From the IMG/VR virus record IMGVR_UViG_3300010037_000001, positions 1 to 41,044 of that record: a stretch of 41,044 nt of DNA, one strand, 5' to 3'. Source of the stretch: a virus. This document shows positions 33,125-40,947 of this stretch, piece by piece; position 1 is the first letter of the stretch, and every line of letters starts with the position of its first letter. The notes under the pieces are model-generated. The model searched no databases, was not told where the DNA came from, and was given only the letters and a program-made list of their open reading frames with translations. The translations under genes and the position numbers were made by a program.

Positions 33125-33559
33125 ATGAAGAAGTCTAAACTTAATAATGCACAAAATACGGCTGAAGCACGGCTTTTATTTTCAGCATTAAATCAAAAAA
33201 GCATGGTTGGGAAAGGTTTTCCTTTGATAAACAATTTAAAACCAAATAACTGTCCTAAATGTAATTGTAAAGAATTTGACGAACATGAAAAGTTTTGTGA
33301 ACTTCGGCCAAAGTATTGCCATGGAGACTCAAGGCATTATTGTGATAATCAATGTCCCAGCAATAAGGAGAAATGTGAATCTGATGAGTGGAAAAAACAT
33401 GAAGTATTTAAGAAAATTGCAACCAAAGCAGCAAATATGACTATGTTGGCAGCAAACGCAGGACATGATCTTGATGAGAAAAAAAGAGACAAATCAATGG
33501 AGTTGATTATTAAGTTGAATGAAGAAATAGAACAATTATATTCTAACAATTGGCACTAA
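33125..33559 (+). CDS. Cys-rich protein
   Basis: 144 aa, containing CPKCNCKEFDEHEKFCELRPKYCHGDSRHYCDNQCPSNKEKC. Confidence 0.65.
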   Translation: MKKSKLNNAQNTAEARLLFSALNQKSMVGKGFPLINNLKPNNCPKCNCKEFDEHEKFCELRPKYCHGDSRHYCDNQCPSNKEKCESDEWKKHEVFKKIATKAANMTMLAANAGHDLDEKKRDKSMELIIKLNEEIEQLYSNNWH

Positions 33560-33560
33560 A

Positions 33561-34028
33561 ATGAATGAAAGATATACAAGATGTCCAGATGAAGAATGCT
33601 TTAATAATGCAGAAATAAGAGAAATTAAAGGCAAAAAATATACAGACTGTTCAGAATGTAAGCAACTTATTCCGCTTAATGAAGAATTCCCGAAAATAGC
33701 CACCCATTCGGAAAAACCGAATAGCTCAAGTTTGGAGATTAAAAAAATTAAAGATTGGGAGACAAGATTATTAACAGAATGTAGCTCTAATCCCCCAGAC
33801 AAAACTAGACTATTTAGCGATAGAACCATTAGATTCATTCAATCCCTGCTCACCCAAGCCAGACAAGATGAGAGGGAGAGGGCAAGAAATGAACTTTCTG
33901 TTGGACAAATGCTTATAGGCCTAAATCAAGGCGAAATATGGATTCAAATGCCTGATAGTGAAGGTGCCCGCTTTAATCTTAAACTATTCGAGAACCACAT
34001 TTTAGATTTCTATAAAAAGTATTTTTAG
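33561..34028 (+). CDS. Zinc-ribbon protein
   Basis: 155 aa, containing RCPDEEC...CSEC. Confidence 0.65.
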   Translation: MNERYTRCPDEECFNNAEIREIKGKKYTDCSECKQLIPLNEEFPKIATHSEKPNSSSLEIKKIKDWETRLLTECSSNPPDKTRLFSDRTIRFIQSLLTQARQDERERARNELSVGQMLIGLNQGEIWIQMPDSEGARFNLKLFENHILDFYKKYF

Positions 34029-34066
34029 AAACTAAATAGAGATTTATTAATTATAAAATTTAAATT

Positions 34067-34276
34067 ATGAATAAAAAATCATGGTGGGATACCTACAATC
34101 CTTCTTGTTTACATCAAAACAAGGATTATCCGCCTGGAGCTGACCGTGAACTGATAGGACATGTTAAAAAATGTTTTACCAATGGAGATCATATTAAATT
34201 TTCATTCTTACTTTTTCTCTTAATTTTTGGCCCAGCATTCATAATTATTATGGCAGGAATCAAGTCTGCCTCTTAG
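34067..34276 (+). CDS. Small membrane protein
   Basis: 69 aa with a C-terminal TM segment (FSFLLFLLIFGPAFIIIMAGI). Confidence 0.55.
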   Translation: MNKKSWWDTYNPSCLHQNKDYPPGADRELIGHVKKCFTNGDHIKFSFLLFLLIFGPAFIIIMAGIKSAS

Positions 34277-34319
34277 AAGACGCCAAGCAAAAAATTCTTA
34301 ATAATAACCAGTAAAATGT

Positions 34320-34583
34320 ATGGAAAAATTAATTTTACAAGCAGTTAAATTTGAAGATCAAGAAGACTATTGTCAATTTCAAAAATTATTGGCAAATGGG
34401 AATACTGTTTGGGAATCACGAGACTTAGCAGGTGATTGTCCAGAAGATGCTCTGCTGGATAGAGATATGACCGATGTTTTTGAAATTATTAAGTTAATGG
34501 AGTTAGCGGCTGGTAAAGAAATATTAATTTCACCACTTAAAGAATGTGAAAGTTTAGATGAATTTGAGGATTTTACTTCTTAA
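34320..34583 (+). CDS. Small, strongly acidic protein
   Basis: 87 aa with many Asp/Glu residues and few basic ones (..DQEDYCQ..DCPEDALLDRDMTD..ECESLDEFEDFTS). Confidence 0.65.
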   Translation: MEKLILQAVKFEDQEDYCQFQKLLANGNTVWESRDLAGDCPEDALLDRDMTDVFEIIKLMELAAGKEILISPLKECESLDEFEDFTS

Positions 34584-34594
34584 CCAAAATTCAA

Positions 34595-34990
34595 ATGAGA
34601 TATAAAAAATTTTTACTTGAAAAGGAGCCTTATATTCCTACCAATGGAAATGAAGGATTAAACGTTGTTTCAAATAATATTTCTGAAGAAGAGGCTATGA
34701 AGAATGTAGAAAATTACAATATGATTTTTGGTATTTATTTAACAGTTACAGAACTTTTTGATTGTCAAAATATTATGATGTGTGCTTCAGGCGCCTCAAT
34801 TTTCTTTTCGATACCTCAAAAAGGATGGAAAGAATATACAAAATCTGGACCAGAGATTGAAAGTCCAAAATTGGATAGAGAAAAATTGCAGAAAGCCACT
34901 CCCAATAAAGTTGCTGGTGCTATTATAGATATTTTTTTAGATCGTAAGAAGTGGAACAATAAAGTGTTTTCTAAAGAATTAAAATTCTAA
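34595..34990 (+). CDS. Hypothetical protein
   Basis: 131-aa ORF. Confidence 0.65.
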   Translation: MRYKKFLLEKEPYIPTNGNEGLNVVSNNISEEEAMKNVENYNMIFGIYLTVTELFDCQNIMMCASGASIFFSIPQKGWKEYTKSGPEIESPKLDREKLQKATPNKVAGAIIDIFLDRKKWNNKVFSKELKF

Positions 34991-35005
34991 CCCAAAACAA
35001 TCAAA

Positions 35006-35443
35006 ATGAATAATGATAGATTTATTTTAAAAGCTTGGGATAAAACCAAGAAAGAGATTAGTGCAGTACAAGAAATTGTATATGCTGTATTTGATGGTAA
35101 GCCTATCTATATTAAGTTACAAAATGGAAGTGAGTTTAAGTTAGGAAACATAAATGAAGTTATTTTACTTCAATCAACAGGCCTCAAAGATAAAAACGGC
35201 AAGCTTATTTTTGAAGGCAACCTTGTTCATATTGAAGAGAAAGATTATCACGACCGAACAAAGATTGGCAAAGAGTTCGCCACTTATGAAACCAAGGCTG
35301 TAGAATTTGACCATGGCACTTTTCTTTTTGACGGGATTCCTCTAGCAGATCTACTTAATAATCCATATTTAATTGGAGAAATAGTTGGCTCGTTCTACAC
35401 CACCCCCGAACTTTTATCTAATAACAATTTGAAAAATGAATGA
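35006..35443 (+). CDS. YopX-like protein
   Basis: FILKAWDKTKKE...LLQSTGLKDKNGKLIFEGNLV...EIVGSFYTTPELL fits the YopX pattern (FR.WD...TGLKDKNG..IYEGD...GNIYENPELL). Confidence 0.6.
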   Translation: MNNDRFILKAWDKTKKEISAVQEIVYAVFDGKPIYIKLQNGSEFKLGNINEVILLQSTGLKDKNGKLIFEGNLVHIEEKDYHDRTKIGKEFATYETKAVEFDHGTFLFDGIPLADLLNNPYLIGEIVGSFYTTPELLSNNNLKNE

Positions 35444-35468
35444 AGATTCTAATAATTAATTTAATACT

Positions 35469-35936
35469 ATGCTTATAAAAAATCTAAAACAATGGCACAA
35501 AATCGTTTGCTCAGAAGAGAATTATATTTGCCGAGTTTGTAAAAAAGATTTCAGTTTTGATCATTATTTTAATGAAGAAGGAGTGAATCAATATGTCTGC
35601 GGACATCATTATCCTCACACTCAAAAAGCCCGACCAGACCTTGTGCTTGAGACGAGTAATGGAGTTTGTATTTGTCTTGATTGTCACACCAAAGCTCATA
35701 AAGGACTTGTACAGATTCCTGAAAAAGAAGAGGTTGAAGAAGGTGATGTTTCATTGAAAAAGAAAATGGATCCAAAGCCATTTATTAACCATATTCTTCC
35801 TTCTGGGCATGGAATAAGGCTCAAAGGCTATGAAAAACTCTGTAAATGTGGATATGTGGCTCAAGATTCTGGGATTTGTATAGCATGCGAGAAAAGACTT
35901 CCTCCAAGCTTTAAATCAGAAAAAAAGAAAAAATAA
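35469..35936 (+). CDS. HNH endonuclease (second copy, different family)
   Basis: CRVC...VCGHHYPHTQKARPDLVLETSNGVCICLDCHTKAH gives the HH...N...CxxCH..H motif. Confidence 0.7.
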   Translation: MLIKNLKQWHKIVCSEENYICRVCKKDFSFDHYFNEEGVNQYVCGHHYPHTQKARPDLVLETSNGVCICLDCHTKAHKGLVQIPEKEEVEEGDVSLKKKMDPKPFINHILPSGHGIRLKGYEKLCKCGYVAQDSGICIACEKRLPPSFKSEKKKK

Positions 35937-35952
35937 TTTTTAATTTATATAT

Positions 35953-36078
35953 ATGGATCCTTTTCAAGTCGAACTAAGACGGAAATTAAGCAAATTGAGA
36001 CATCAAGCTTTTTTAAATGGGCTTATGGTAGGACTAGCACTGGGGTCAATATTGTTTTTGATTTATAATTCTCGATGA
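35953..36078 (+). CDS. Small TM peptide (41 aa)
   Basis: Translation is MDPFQVELRRKLSKLRHQAFLNGLMVGLALGSILFLIYNSR. Its stop overlaps the next ATG as ATGA. Confidence 0.4.
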   Translation: MDPFQVELRRKLSKLRHQAFLNGLMVGLALGSILFLIYNSR

Positions 36079-36530
36079 AAAAAGCAGTTATTAAAATTAG
36101 AAGGTTTGGAAAAAATAAATGGCTTTTTTTGGATTATCAGAACGAAGGCTATCATTTACTTGAGAAAAGAATGGTGCTTGATAAAAAAGAAGACGGTACA
36201 TTCCAAATTATTTCTGGTTTCCCGTTCCTTCATGAAAATGGAATTAGTGGAGAAATAGAGAACCTGAAACTTGCAAGGAAAGCTATAAAGTATTTAAAGG
36301 CATTAGAGCAGGATATTGGTGAAACTGAAGCAGAACATCGTCTCAAAACTTATCGCCCCGATAAAGGGCATGAAAACCTTGTTAATGATCTCGATGAATT
36401 GCTAGATATGGTTGATGAGTTTGACTTCCATGATTTCCGGAGTAAAAAGCTTGCTATTCCAAAGGTAGAACTCAGAAAAAGACTCTTAGAGTTAGCCGAC
36501 AATGTGGTTGGTGGTAAATATGATAATTAA
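36075..36530 (+). CDS. Hypothetical protein
   Basis: 151-aa ORF. Confidence 0.7.
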   Translation: MKKAVIKIRRFGKNKWLFLDYQNEGYHLLEKRMVLDKKEDGTFQIISGFPFLHENGISGEIENLKLARKAIKYLKALEQDIGETEAEHRLKTYRPDKGHENLVNDLDELLDMVDEFDFHDFRSKKLAIPKVELRKRLLELADNVVGGKYDN

Positions 36531-36548
36531 TTTTTAAAAAAACAAAAT

Positions 36549-36854
36549 ATGATAGATCAATTTTTAGAAAAACTTAAAGAAAGTTTTTTTACTATGGATA
36601 TTGAAAAAGATTTCCTTGATATCCCAATTCTCAATTGGCCACGCCAAGTTCCTCAATTAGATCCTGCATGGAAATATGTTTTAACCAAACACTTGAATAA
36701 AGCTATTTTGGAAGCAATACAAATTGGAGCTAATTCTCCAACGGCAATCAATCAAGAAATTATAGATAAAGGAATTGAGGCCTATGATGAAATGCTTCAG
36801 GCAAAAATTCGAGAATTTATGTATGAAGTAAAAAAACAATTTAAAAAAGAATAA
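36549..36854 (+). CDS. Hypothetical protein
   Basis: 101-aa ORF. Confidence 0.65.
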   Translation: MIDQFLEKLKESFFTMDIEKDFLDIPILNWPRQVPQLDPAWKYVLTKHLNKAILEAIQIGANSPTAINQEIIDKGIEAYDEMLQAKIREFMYEVKKQFKKE

Positions 36855-37276
36855 TGCTACCAATTTTTTATGGACAAATAGAGAAAGGAAGGTTGACCCT
36901 GAATGATAAAATTACCTTTCAAAAATACCTTCATACTCTCAATGGAGAAGTTCAGCTTGTTCTTGGAAAAAAAAAGAAAATTCGCAGCACTCCTCAGAAT
37001 GATTATTATTGGGGAGTTATTATTAAGATGATTTGTGATGAAACAGGAGCAGAGGATAAACAGGCTATTCATGATGGTTTCCGGTCTGAATATTTGAAAG
37101 ATATTTCAAAAGGATATCCAATAGTTAGGAGTACAACTGATCTTAGTACTATAGAGTTTAAAGAGTACTGCCGAAACGTCCAGAAATGGGCTGCTGATTT
37201 TCTTGGACTTTATATTCCAGATCCGAATGAAGATGTATTTGTATTAAATATTAACGATTTAAACGATGCCAATTAA
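36854..37276 (+). CDS. NinB/Orf-like recombination mediator candidate
   Basis: IRSTPQNDYYWGVIIKMICDETG and VRSTTDLSTIEFKEYCRNVQKW parallel lambda NinB RSLDQNRKLWACLGDVS and QSTSRMRVGEFAELLELIQ. The comparison is from memory. Confidence 0.5.
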   Translation: MLPIFYGQIEKGRLTLNDKITFQKYLHTLNGEVQLVLGKKKKIRSTPQNDYYWGVIIKMICDETGAEDKQAIHDGFRSEYLKDISKGYPIVRSTTDLSTIEFKEYCRNVQKWAADFLGLYIPDPNEDVFVLNINDLNDAN

Positions 37277-37580
37277 AACAGAGGGGAGTCAGTTTCCAGA
37301 AATTGATATTAAACTTAAAAAAATTCTGCAAGAACGAATTAAAAACAGAAACAGACGAGGGCGATTCAAACAAACTCTTGCCGACGAATACAAAAGGATT
37401 GCTCTTAAGATTGGGGTAAGCAGTAGAGCTGTAGAGGCATGGGCTAATAACGAGAATAGGATTACTTATTTTAATGCTATCAAGCTAAGAGCTGTGATAA
37501 AAGTTCCTTGGAGGGTTTTGTTTAAGATGAATTTCCAGCCTAGGATCGCAAGAAAGTATAATCATAAAAAAATCTCTTGA
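37266..37580 (+). CDS. HTH DNA-binding protein
   Basis: 104 aa. EYKRIALKIGVSSRAVEAWANNEN looks like a helix-turn-helix. Confidence 0.6.
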   Translation: MPIKTEGSQFPEIDIKLKKILQERIKNRNRRGRFKQTLADEYKRIALKIGVSSRAVEAWANNENRITYFNAIKLRAVIKVPWRVLFKMNFQPRIARKYNHKKIS

Positions 37581-37608
37581 CCACAAATGCCACATGTGTA
37601 TAATGTGG
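37577..37608 (+). promoter_or_regulatory. Sigma-70-like promoter with an overlapping inverted repeat (operator candidate)
   Basis: TTGACC (37577-37582), 16-nt spacer, TATAAT (37599-37604). CCACAT (37590-37595) / ATGTGG (37603-37608) brackets the -10. Confidence 0.6.
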
Positions 37609-37630
37609 GCAATAACAATTTGATTATTTT

Positions 37631-37759
37631 ATGAAAAAAAAACGAATAGCAATTTATCTTGATGAAGAGGAGCATCTGAAATTACGAGCAAAGCTTATTT
37701 TGCTTGGAGAAACTGTGTCTGGATGGATGAGAAAAAAAATTAATAAATTTTTAAAATAA
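37631..37759 (+). CDS. Ribbon-helix-helix (CopG/Arc-like) regulator, 42 aa, not in the track
   Basis: Translation is MKKKRIAIYLDEEEHLKLRAKLILLGETVSGWMRKKINKFLK. It shows a beta-strand followed by two helices, the typical RHH pattern. Confidence 0.65.
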   Translation: MKKKRIAIYLDEEEHLKLRAKLILLGETVSGWMRKKINKFLK

Positions 37760-37762
37760 TTT

Positions 37763-38059
37763 ATGAAGAAAGCTTCTATTGCTCAACAAGTAATATTACC
37801 TACGGTTTGGTGGAATCCCTTTACTTGGTTCTATGAAAAAAAGATCTATGGCTTAGAAAGTCATGGGTTTAAAACAACAAGGGGAGGGATTACTATTCCA
37901 GTAGTAATAACGAGAGGAAAGGTTTATGAGTATTCTGGTGATGGATCTACTTTTAAATCGAAAAGAAAATTCATAGGGACTTTGCCTTCAAAGAAAGGTA
38001 TAACCTTGAGTTCAAGCAAGCAATATTATATTGTTTTAGATTTATCTGAAAATTTTTAA
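37763..38059 (+). CDS. Hypothetical basic beta-rich protein
   Basis: 98-aa ORF starting 3 nt after the RHH gene. Confidence 0.65.
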   Translation: MKKASIAQQVILPTVWWNPFTWFYEKKIYGLESHGFKTTRGGITIPVVITRGKVYEYSGDGSTFKSKRKFIGTLPSKKGITLSSSKQYYIVLDLSENF

Positions 38060-38068
38060 AGAAGTAAC

Positions 38069-38665
38069 ATGAATGACATCAGGGTAGAAATAAAGATCAA
38101 AAACAATAAGCTTTATAAACTTATTTTTGCTAAATTTAATTCAGTAAATGAATTTAGTAAGGCGTGTGGAGTTAGTCCGGGAAACATTGGAGATTATCTG
38201 AATTTTACTAGTAAACCTTATAGCTACAAAACTGGTATAAGAACCTGGCGAGCAAGTGCACAAAAGATTGCTGATTATTTCCAAGTTTTCCCTGAAGATA
38301 TTTTTGATGAGGATAATTATGAAAAAATCAAAACAAATAAAACTTTCTGTGAAGTTGATAGTGAAAAGATAGGTTTATATTTGGCAAATGAACAAGCAAG
38401 GCTTGAGGGACCAAATATAGTTGATGAAACTGAGGAGCTTTTAAAAAAAAATGCTATTGAAGAAGCTTTAGAAAGTTTGACTGCCAGGGAAAGACTTTTG
38501 ATAGAATTACGATTTGGCTTGAACGGAAACTATTCTCATACTCTTGAAGAAACAGGAAAGAAATTGGGGATAACTAAAGAAAGAATAAGGCAAGCTGAGG
38601 CAGGTATTTTGATGAAATTAAATAATGAAAGATTATTAAAACTTAACTCGTTTAAATATGGATGA
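38069..38665 (+). CDS. XRE-type HTH fused to sigma-70 region 4 (no region 2)
   Basis: The C-terminus LTARERLLIELRFGLNGNYSHTLEETGKKLGITKERIRQAEAGILMKL closely follows the primary-sigma region 4.1/4.2 pattern. The N-terminus SVNEFSKACGVSPGNIGDYLN looks like an XRE HTH. No region 2 motif is visible. Confidence 0.75.
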   Translation: MNDIRVEIKIKNNKLYKLIFAKFNSVNEFSKACGVSPGNIGDYLNFTSKPYSYKTGIRTWRASAQKIADYFQVFPEDIFDEDNYEKIKTNKTFCEVDSEKIGLYLANEQARLEGPNIVDETEELLKKNAIEEALESLTARERLLIELRFGLNGNYSHTLEETGKKLGITKERIRQAEAGILMKLNNERLLKLNSFKYG

Positions 38666-38828
38666 TTTAACCGCAAAGTATAATGGATTGAAGAGGGAGC
38701 TTTTGAAAGCAGAGAAAAAACTTGAGGATTTCGAGAAAAAGAATCCTGGGGTTCGAGGGTCTTTTTACCACCGTGAAGTTGATAGAATTGCTGGTCAGAT
38801 AGAAAATTACGAAGAAAATGTTTTATGA
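38658..38828 (+). CDS. Hypothetical 56-aa coiled-coil protein
   Basis: Its ATG overlaps the upstream stop (ATGGATGA). Translation begins MDDLTAKYNGLKRELLKAEKKLEDFEKKNPG... Confidence 0.45.
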   Translation: MDDLTAKYNGLKRELLKAEKKLEDFEKKNPGVRGSFYHREVDRIAGQIENYEENVL

Positions 38829-38992
38829 CAGAAAAACAATATTTCCAGTTAGTACAGGATTACAAGGAATATATGCTACTTGTTCAAGCCCAGAACAGTA
38901 CCATAATTCATGAGTATGGTGAATTTGGACAACTGATTCAATCAGGGCTCTGTGGTTTCTTTTATTTTTTAAGAGACAAATACGTAAAATGA
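38825..38992 (+). CDS. Hypothetical 55-aa protein
   Basis: ATGA overlaps occur at both ends (38825-38828 and 38989-38992). Translation begins MTEKQYFQLVQDYKEYMLLVQAQN... Confidence 0.45.
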   Translation: MTEKQYFQLVQDYKEYMLLVQAQNSTIIHEYGEFGQLIQSGLCGFFYFLRDKYVK

Positions 38993-39183
38993 ACTCTAAA
39001 GAAGAAATAAAGGAAAAAGTGGTTGAAATTTGTGATTGCTTATGTAATCCACCATATGAAGCTTTCCTTGAAGAAGGCCAAAGGTTTGCAGGGCAATTAG
39101 TAAATCCTAAAACTTCCCTTAATCCACTTTATCACTCAGAAGGCAGGGGGATTGCTTGTAACCATTGCTTAACTAAAAAATAA
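38989..39183 (+). CDS. Hypothetical Cys-containing protein
   Basis: 64-aa ORF containing CDCLC...CNHC. Confidence 0.6.
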   Translation: MNSKEEIKEKVVEICDCLCNPPYEAFLEEGQRFAGQLVNPKTSLNPLYHSEGRGIACNHCLTKK

Positions 39184-39186
39184 TCC

Positions 39187-39528
39187 ATGCCCCACCTACA
39201 GAATAAAGAAGATATATTAAGAAAAGCTATAGAAAAAGCAGAAGCCAATGGGTTTAGTCTTTGTGATTGGTGTGGAATAAAAGAGGATTCTTTTAGTGAT
39301 CTTAAAGGTAAATTTGCAAAATGGAGTTTATTGGATGATGTGAATTACAGAATGTTATTATTCAGCCATGATTTCGCCAAAGCTTTTTGGGGAGAAAACG
39401 ATAAAGCTGTTGTTCAAAAAGGAGGTGTCGAGACTTCTAGTGAACAATTAGCTCCAGTCTGGCAATACCACCTTCAGCAATTAGTTCTAGAGCCAGATCC
39501 TATTAATTATTTAGCAAGTTTTTTATGA
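39187..39528 (+). CDS. Hypothetical protein
   Basis: 113-aa ORF. Confidence 0.65.
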   Translation: MPHLQNKEDILRKAIEKAEANGFSLCDWCGIKEDSFSDLKGKFAKWSLLDDVNYRMLLFSHDFAKAFWGENDKAVVQKGGVETSSEQLAPVWQYHLQQLVLEPDPINYLASFL

Positions 39529-39788
39529 AAAAATACGTTCGATTGATGTACGATCCTAAAGCTGATGGAGTAAAAATTGATTCTACGACTGGAGATTGTA
39601 CTCAAGACCTTAGAATTGTTATGGAAGGGCTTGCTCTTATAATGGCAGTGAACCGTAAGAATAAAAAAATAAACGCTGAGGATATGGCTCGATTTGTTCA
39701 TCATGAAATAGACCGTATTGCTTCAGAAAGAGATAATTACAATACGAAAAACAATAACTTTGAAAACCCTAGCTTTTTATTAAAATGA
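39525..39788 (+). CDS. Hypothetical protein
   Basis: 87-aa ORF with 4-nt overlaps to both neighbours. Confidence 0.6.
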   Translation: MKKYVRLMYDPKADGVKIDSTTGDCTQDLRIVMEGLALIMAVNRKNKKINAEDMARFVHHEIDRIASERDNYNTKNNNFENPSFLLK

Positions 39789-40192
39789 GAATATTTGCTG
39801 TCGATGTTGGAGCCCAAAGATGGGGATGGTGCTATGCCGATAAGATTAATGAATTGAGTGGATCTGATGATACGGTTTCTTTCTCAAAGTTTTATTCAAT
39901 ATGTTCAGAATTAATTAGAAATTTTAGACCTGACATACTTGTTGTTGGGAAGCCAAATCGTTACTACAACGTAATATCCTGTCAAAATAAATACATTGGC
40001 GTATTGTGTCTAATTGCCGAGAAAAAGAATATTCCATTAGTGGAAATCAATGATAGTACAGCTCGGGCTGCTATTTTACCTAAAAAAGGTACTTCAAAAA
40101 AAGAGGAAATAATGAAACTTCTCAAGATTGATGATCCTGATCAGTGTGATGCTACGGTTCTTGCTCGAGGTTGGCTGAAGATGAATCGGTAG
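39785..40192 (+). CDS. RuvC-like Holliday junction resolvase
   Basis: MRIFAVDVGAQRWGW supplies the first catalytic Asp. PLVEINDS and DQCDATVLARGW supply the later acidic motifs of the RuvC fold. Confidence 0.7.
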   Translation: MRIFAVDVGAQRWGWCYADKINELSGSDDTVSFSKFYSICSELIRNFRPDILVVGKPNRYYNVISCQNKYIGVLCLIAEKKNIPLVEINDSTARAAILPKKGTSKKEEIMKLLKIDDPDQCDATVLARGWLKMNR

Positions 40193-40373
40193 ACATCTTT
40201 GTCGCCGCAACATTAAAGCCACAATATACCCCTAAATTTGCGATTATAGCCCCGATATAGTATTCAGCCGACAACTTATCCGTCTCGACAAAATAAAAGC
40301 CTATAATCGAAACTAAAGCCAATCCGATCATTGAAATAAAGAATTTCCTACTTTTCCAATTAGTCTTTGGCAT
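40152..40373 (-). CDS. Holin candidate (2 TM)
   Basis: 73 aa. TM segments are FFISMIGLALVSIIGFYFV and YYIGAIIANLGVYCGFNVAA, followed by a polar C-terminus. It overlaps the endolysin stop. Confidence 0.65.
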   Translation of the reverse strand: MPKTNWKSRKFFISMIGLALVSIIGFYFVETDKLSAEYYIGAIIANLGVYCGFNVAATKMSTDSSSANLEQEP

Positions 40374-40947
40374 CGAGGTGTTTATCGTAACGATATAAAA
40401 CTGTCAGCATCCTCTGCATCTCAAGCGTAGGTTCAGAATCTTTTGAGATGAGTCCAAGATTAATCCCCCAGTGCCAAGCATCTGAAGCCCACTCTAAAAC
40501 TTTTGGTTCCTCTGGCATATCTTTTGGGTTTAAAAAATAATCAGCAATTTTCTCTGGAAGTCGAGTTCCTGGACAAGACTTGTAATGAGCTACTTTTCGA
40601 TGACAAAAAATGTTTTCTTTTAAAATACCATAAGCCTTCATTTTTTCTTCCAGAAACTTTTTCATAGCTTTCTTTTGGTTCATATCTGGATCCTCGATAT
40701 CAAAGTTTCCATCTAAACAAATTGAAATTGCCCGGCCATCATTCATATTATCCTGATACTGAGCAGCTGTTTCCGTTCCATCCTTTCTAAATTGATGAAT
40801 TGAGCCATCTTTAGCCATTTCATAATTATAACCACCACCGCCCCAGCCTTTACCTTTATGATAGGCATCAGTTGCCTTCCATTGATCCGGATTTTTTTGA
40901 TAACTTACAGCAGTGTGGTGAATAAATATATATTTCGGAGTTTTCAT
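40360..40947 (-). CDS. Endolysin, N-acetylmuramoyl-L-alanine amidase (Amidase_2/PGRP, T7-lysozyme-like)
   Basis: IFIHHTAVSY...GWGGGGYNYEMAKDGSIHQFR...ISICLDGNFD...FCHRKVAHYKSCPG carries the His/His/Cys zinc-ligand pattern. Confidence 0.85.
   Translation of the reverse strand: MKTPKYIFIHHTAVSYQKNPDQWKATDAYHKGKGWGGGGYNYEMAKDGSIHQFRKDGTETAAQYQDNMNDGRAISICLDGNFDIEDPDMNQKKAMKKFLEEKMKAYGILKENIFCHRKVAHYKSCPGTRLPEKIADYFLNPKDMPEEPKVLEWASDAWHWGINLGLISKDSEPTLEMQRMLTVLYRYDKHLDAKD

Noticed and set aside
25090-39704. Nested or antisense track ORFs in the right half (25090-25293, 27190-27390, 27320-27517, 27514-27699, 27678-27958, 28241-28441, 28824-29201, 29564-29803, 30094-30285, 31654-31890, 32114-32410, 33349-33838, 35511-35781, 36681-36863, 36857-37072 and 39507-39704).
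   Set aside because: They overlap better-supported genes on the same or opposite strand.
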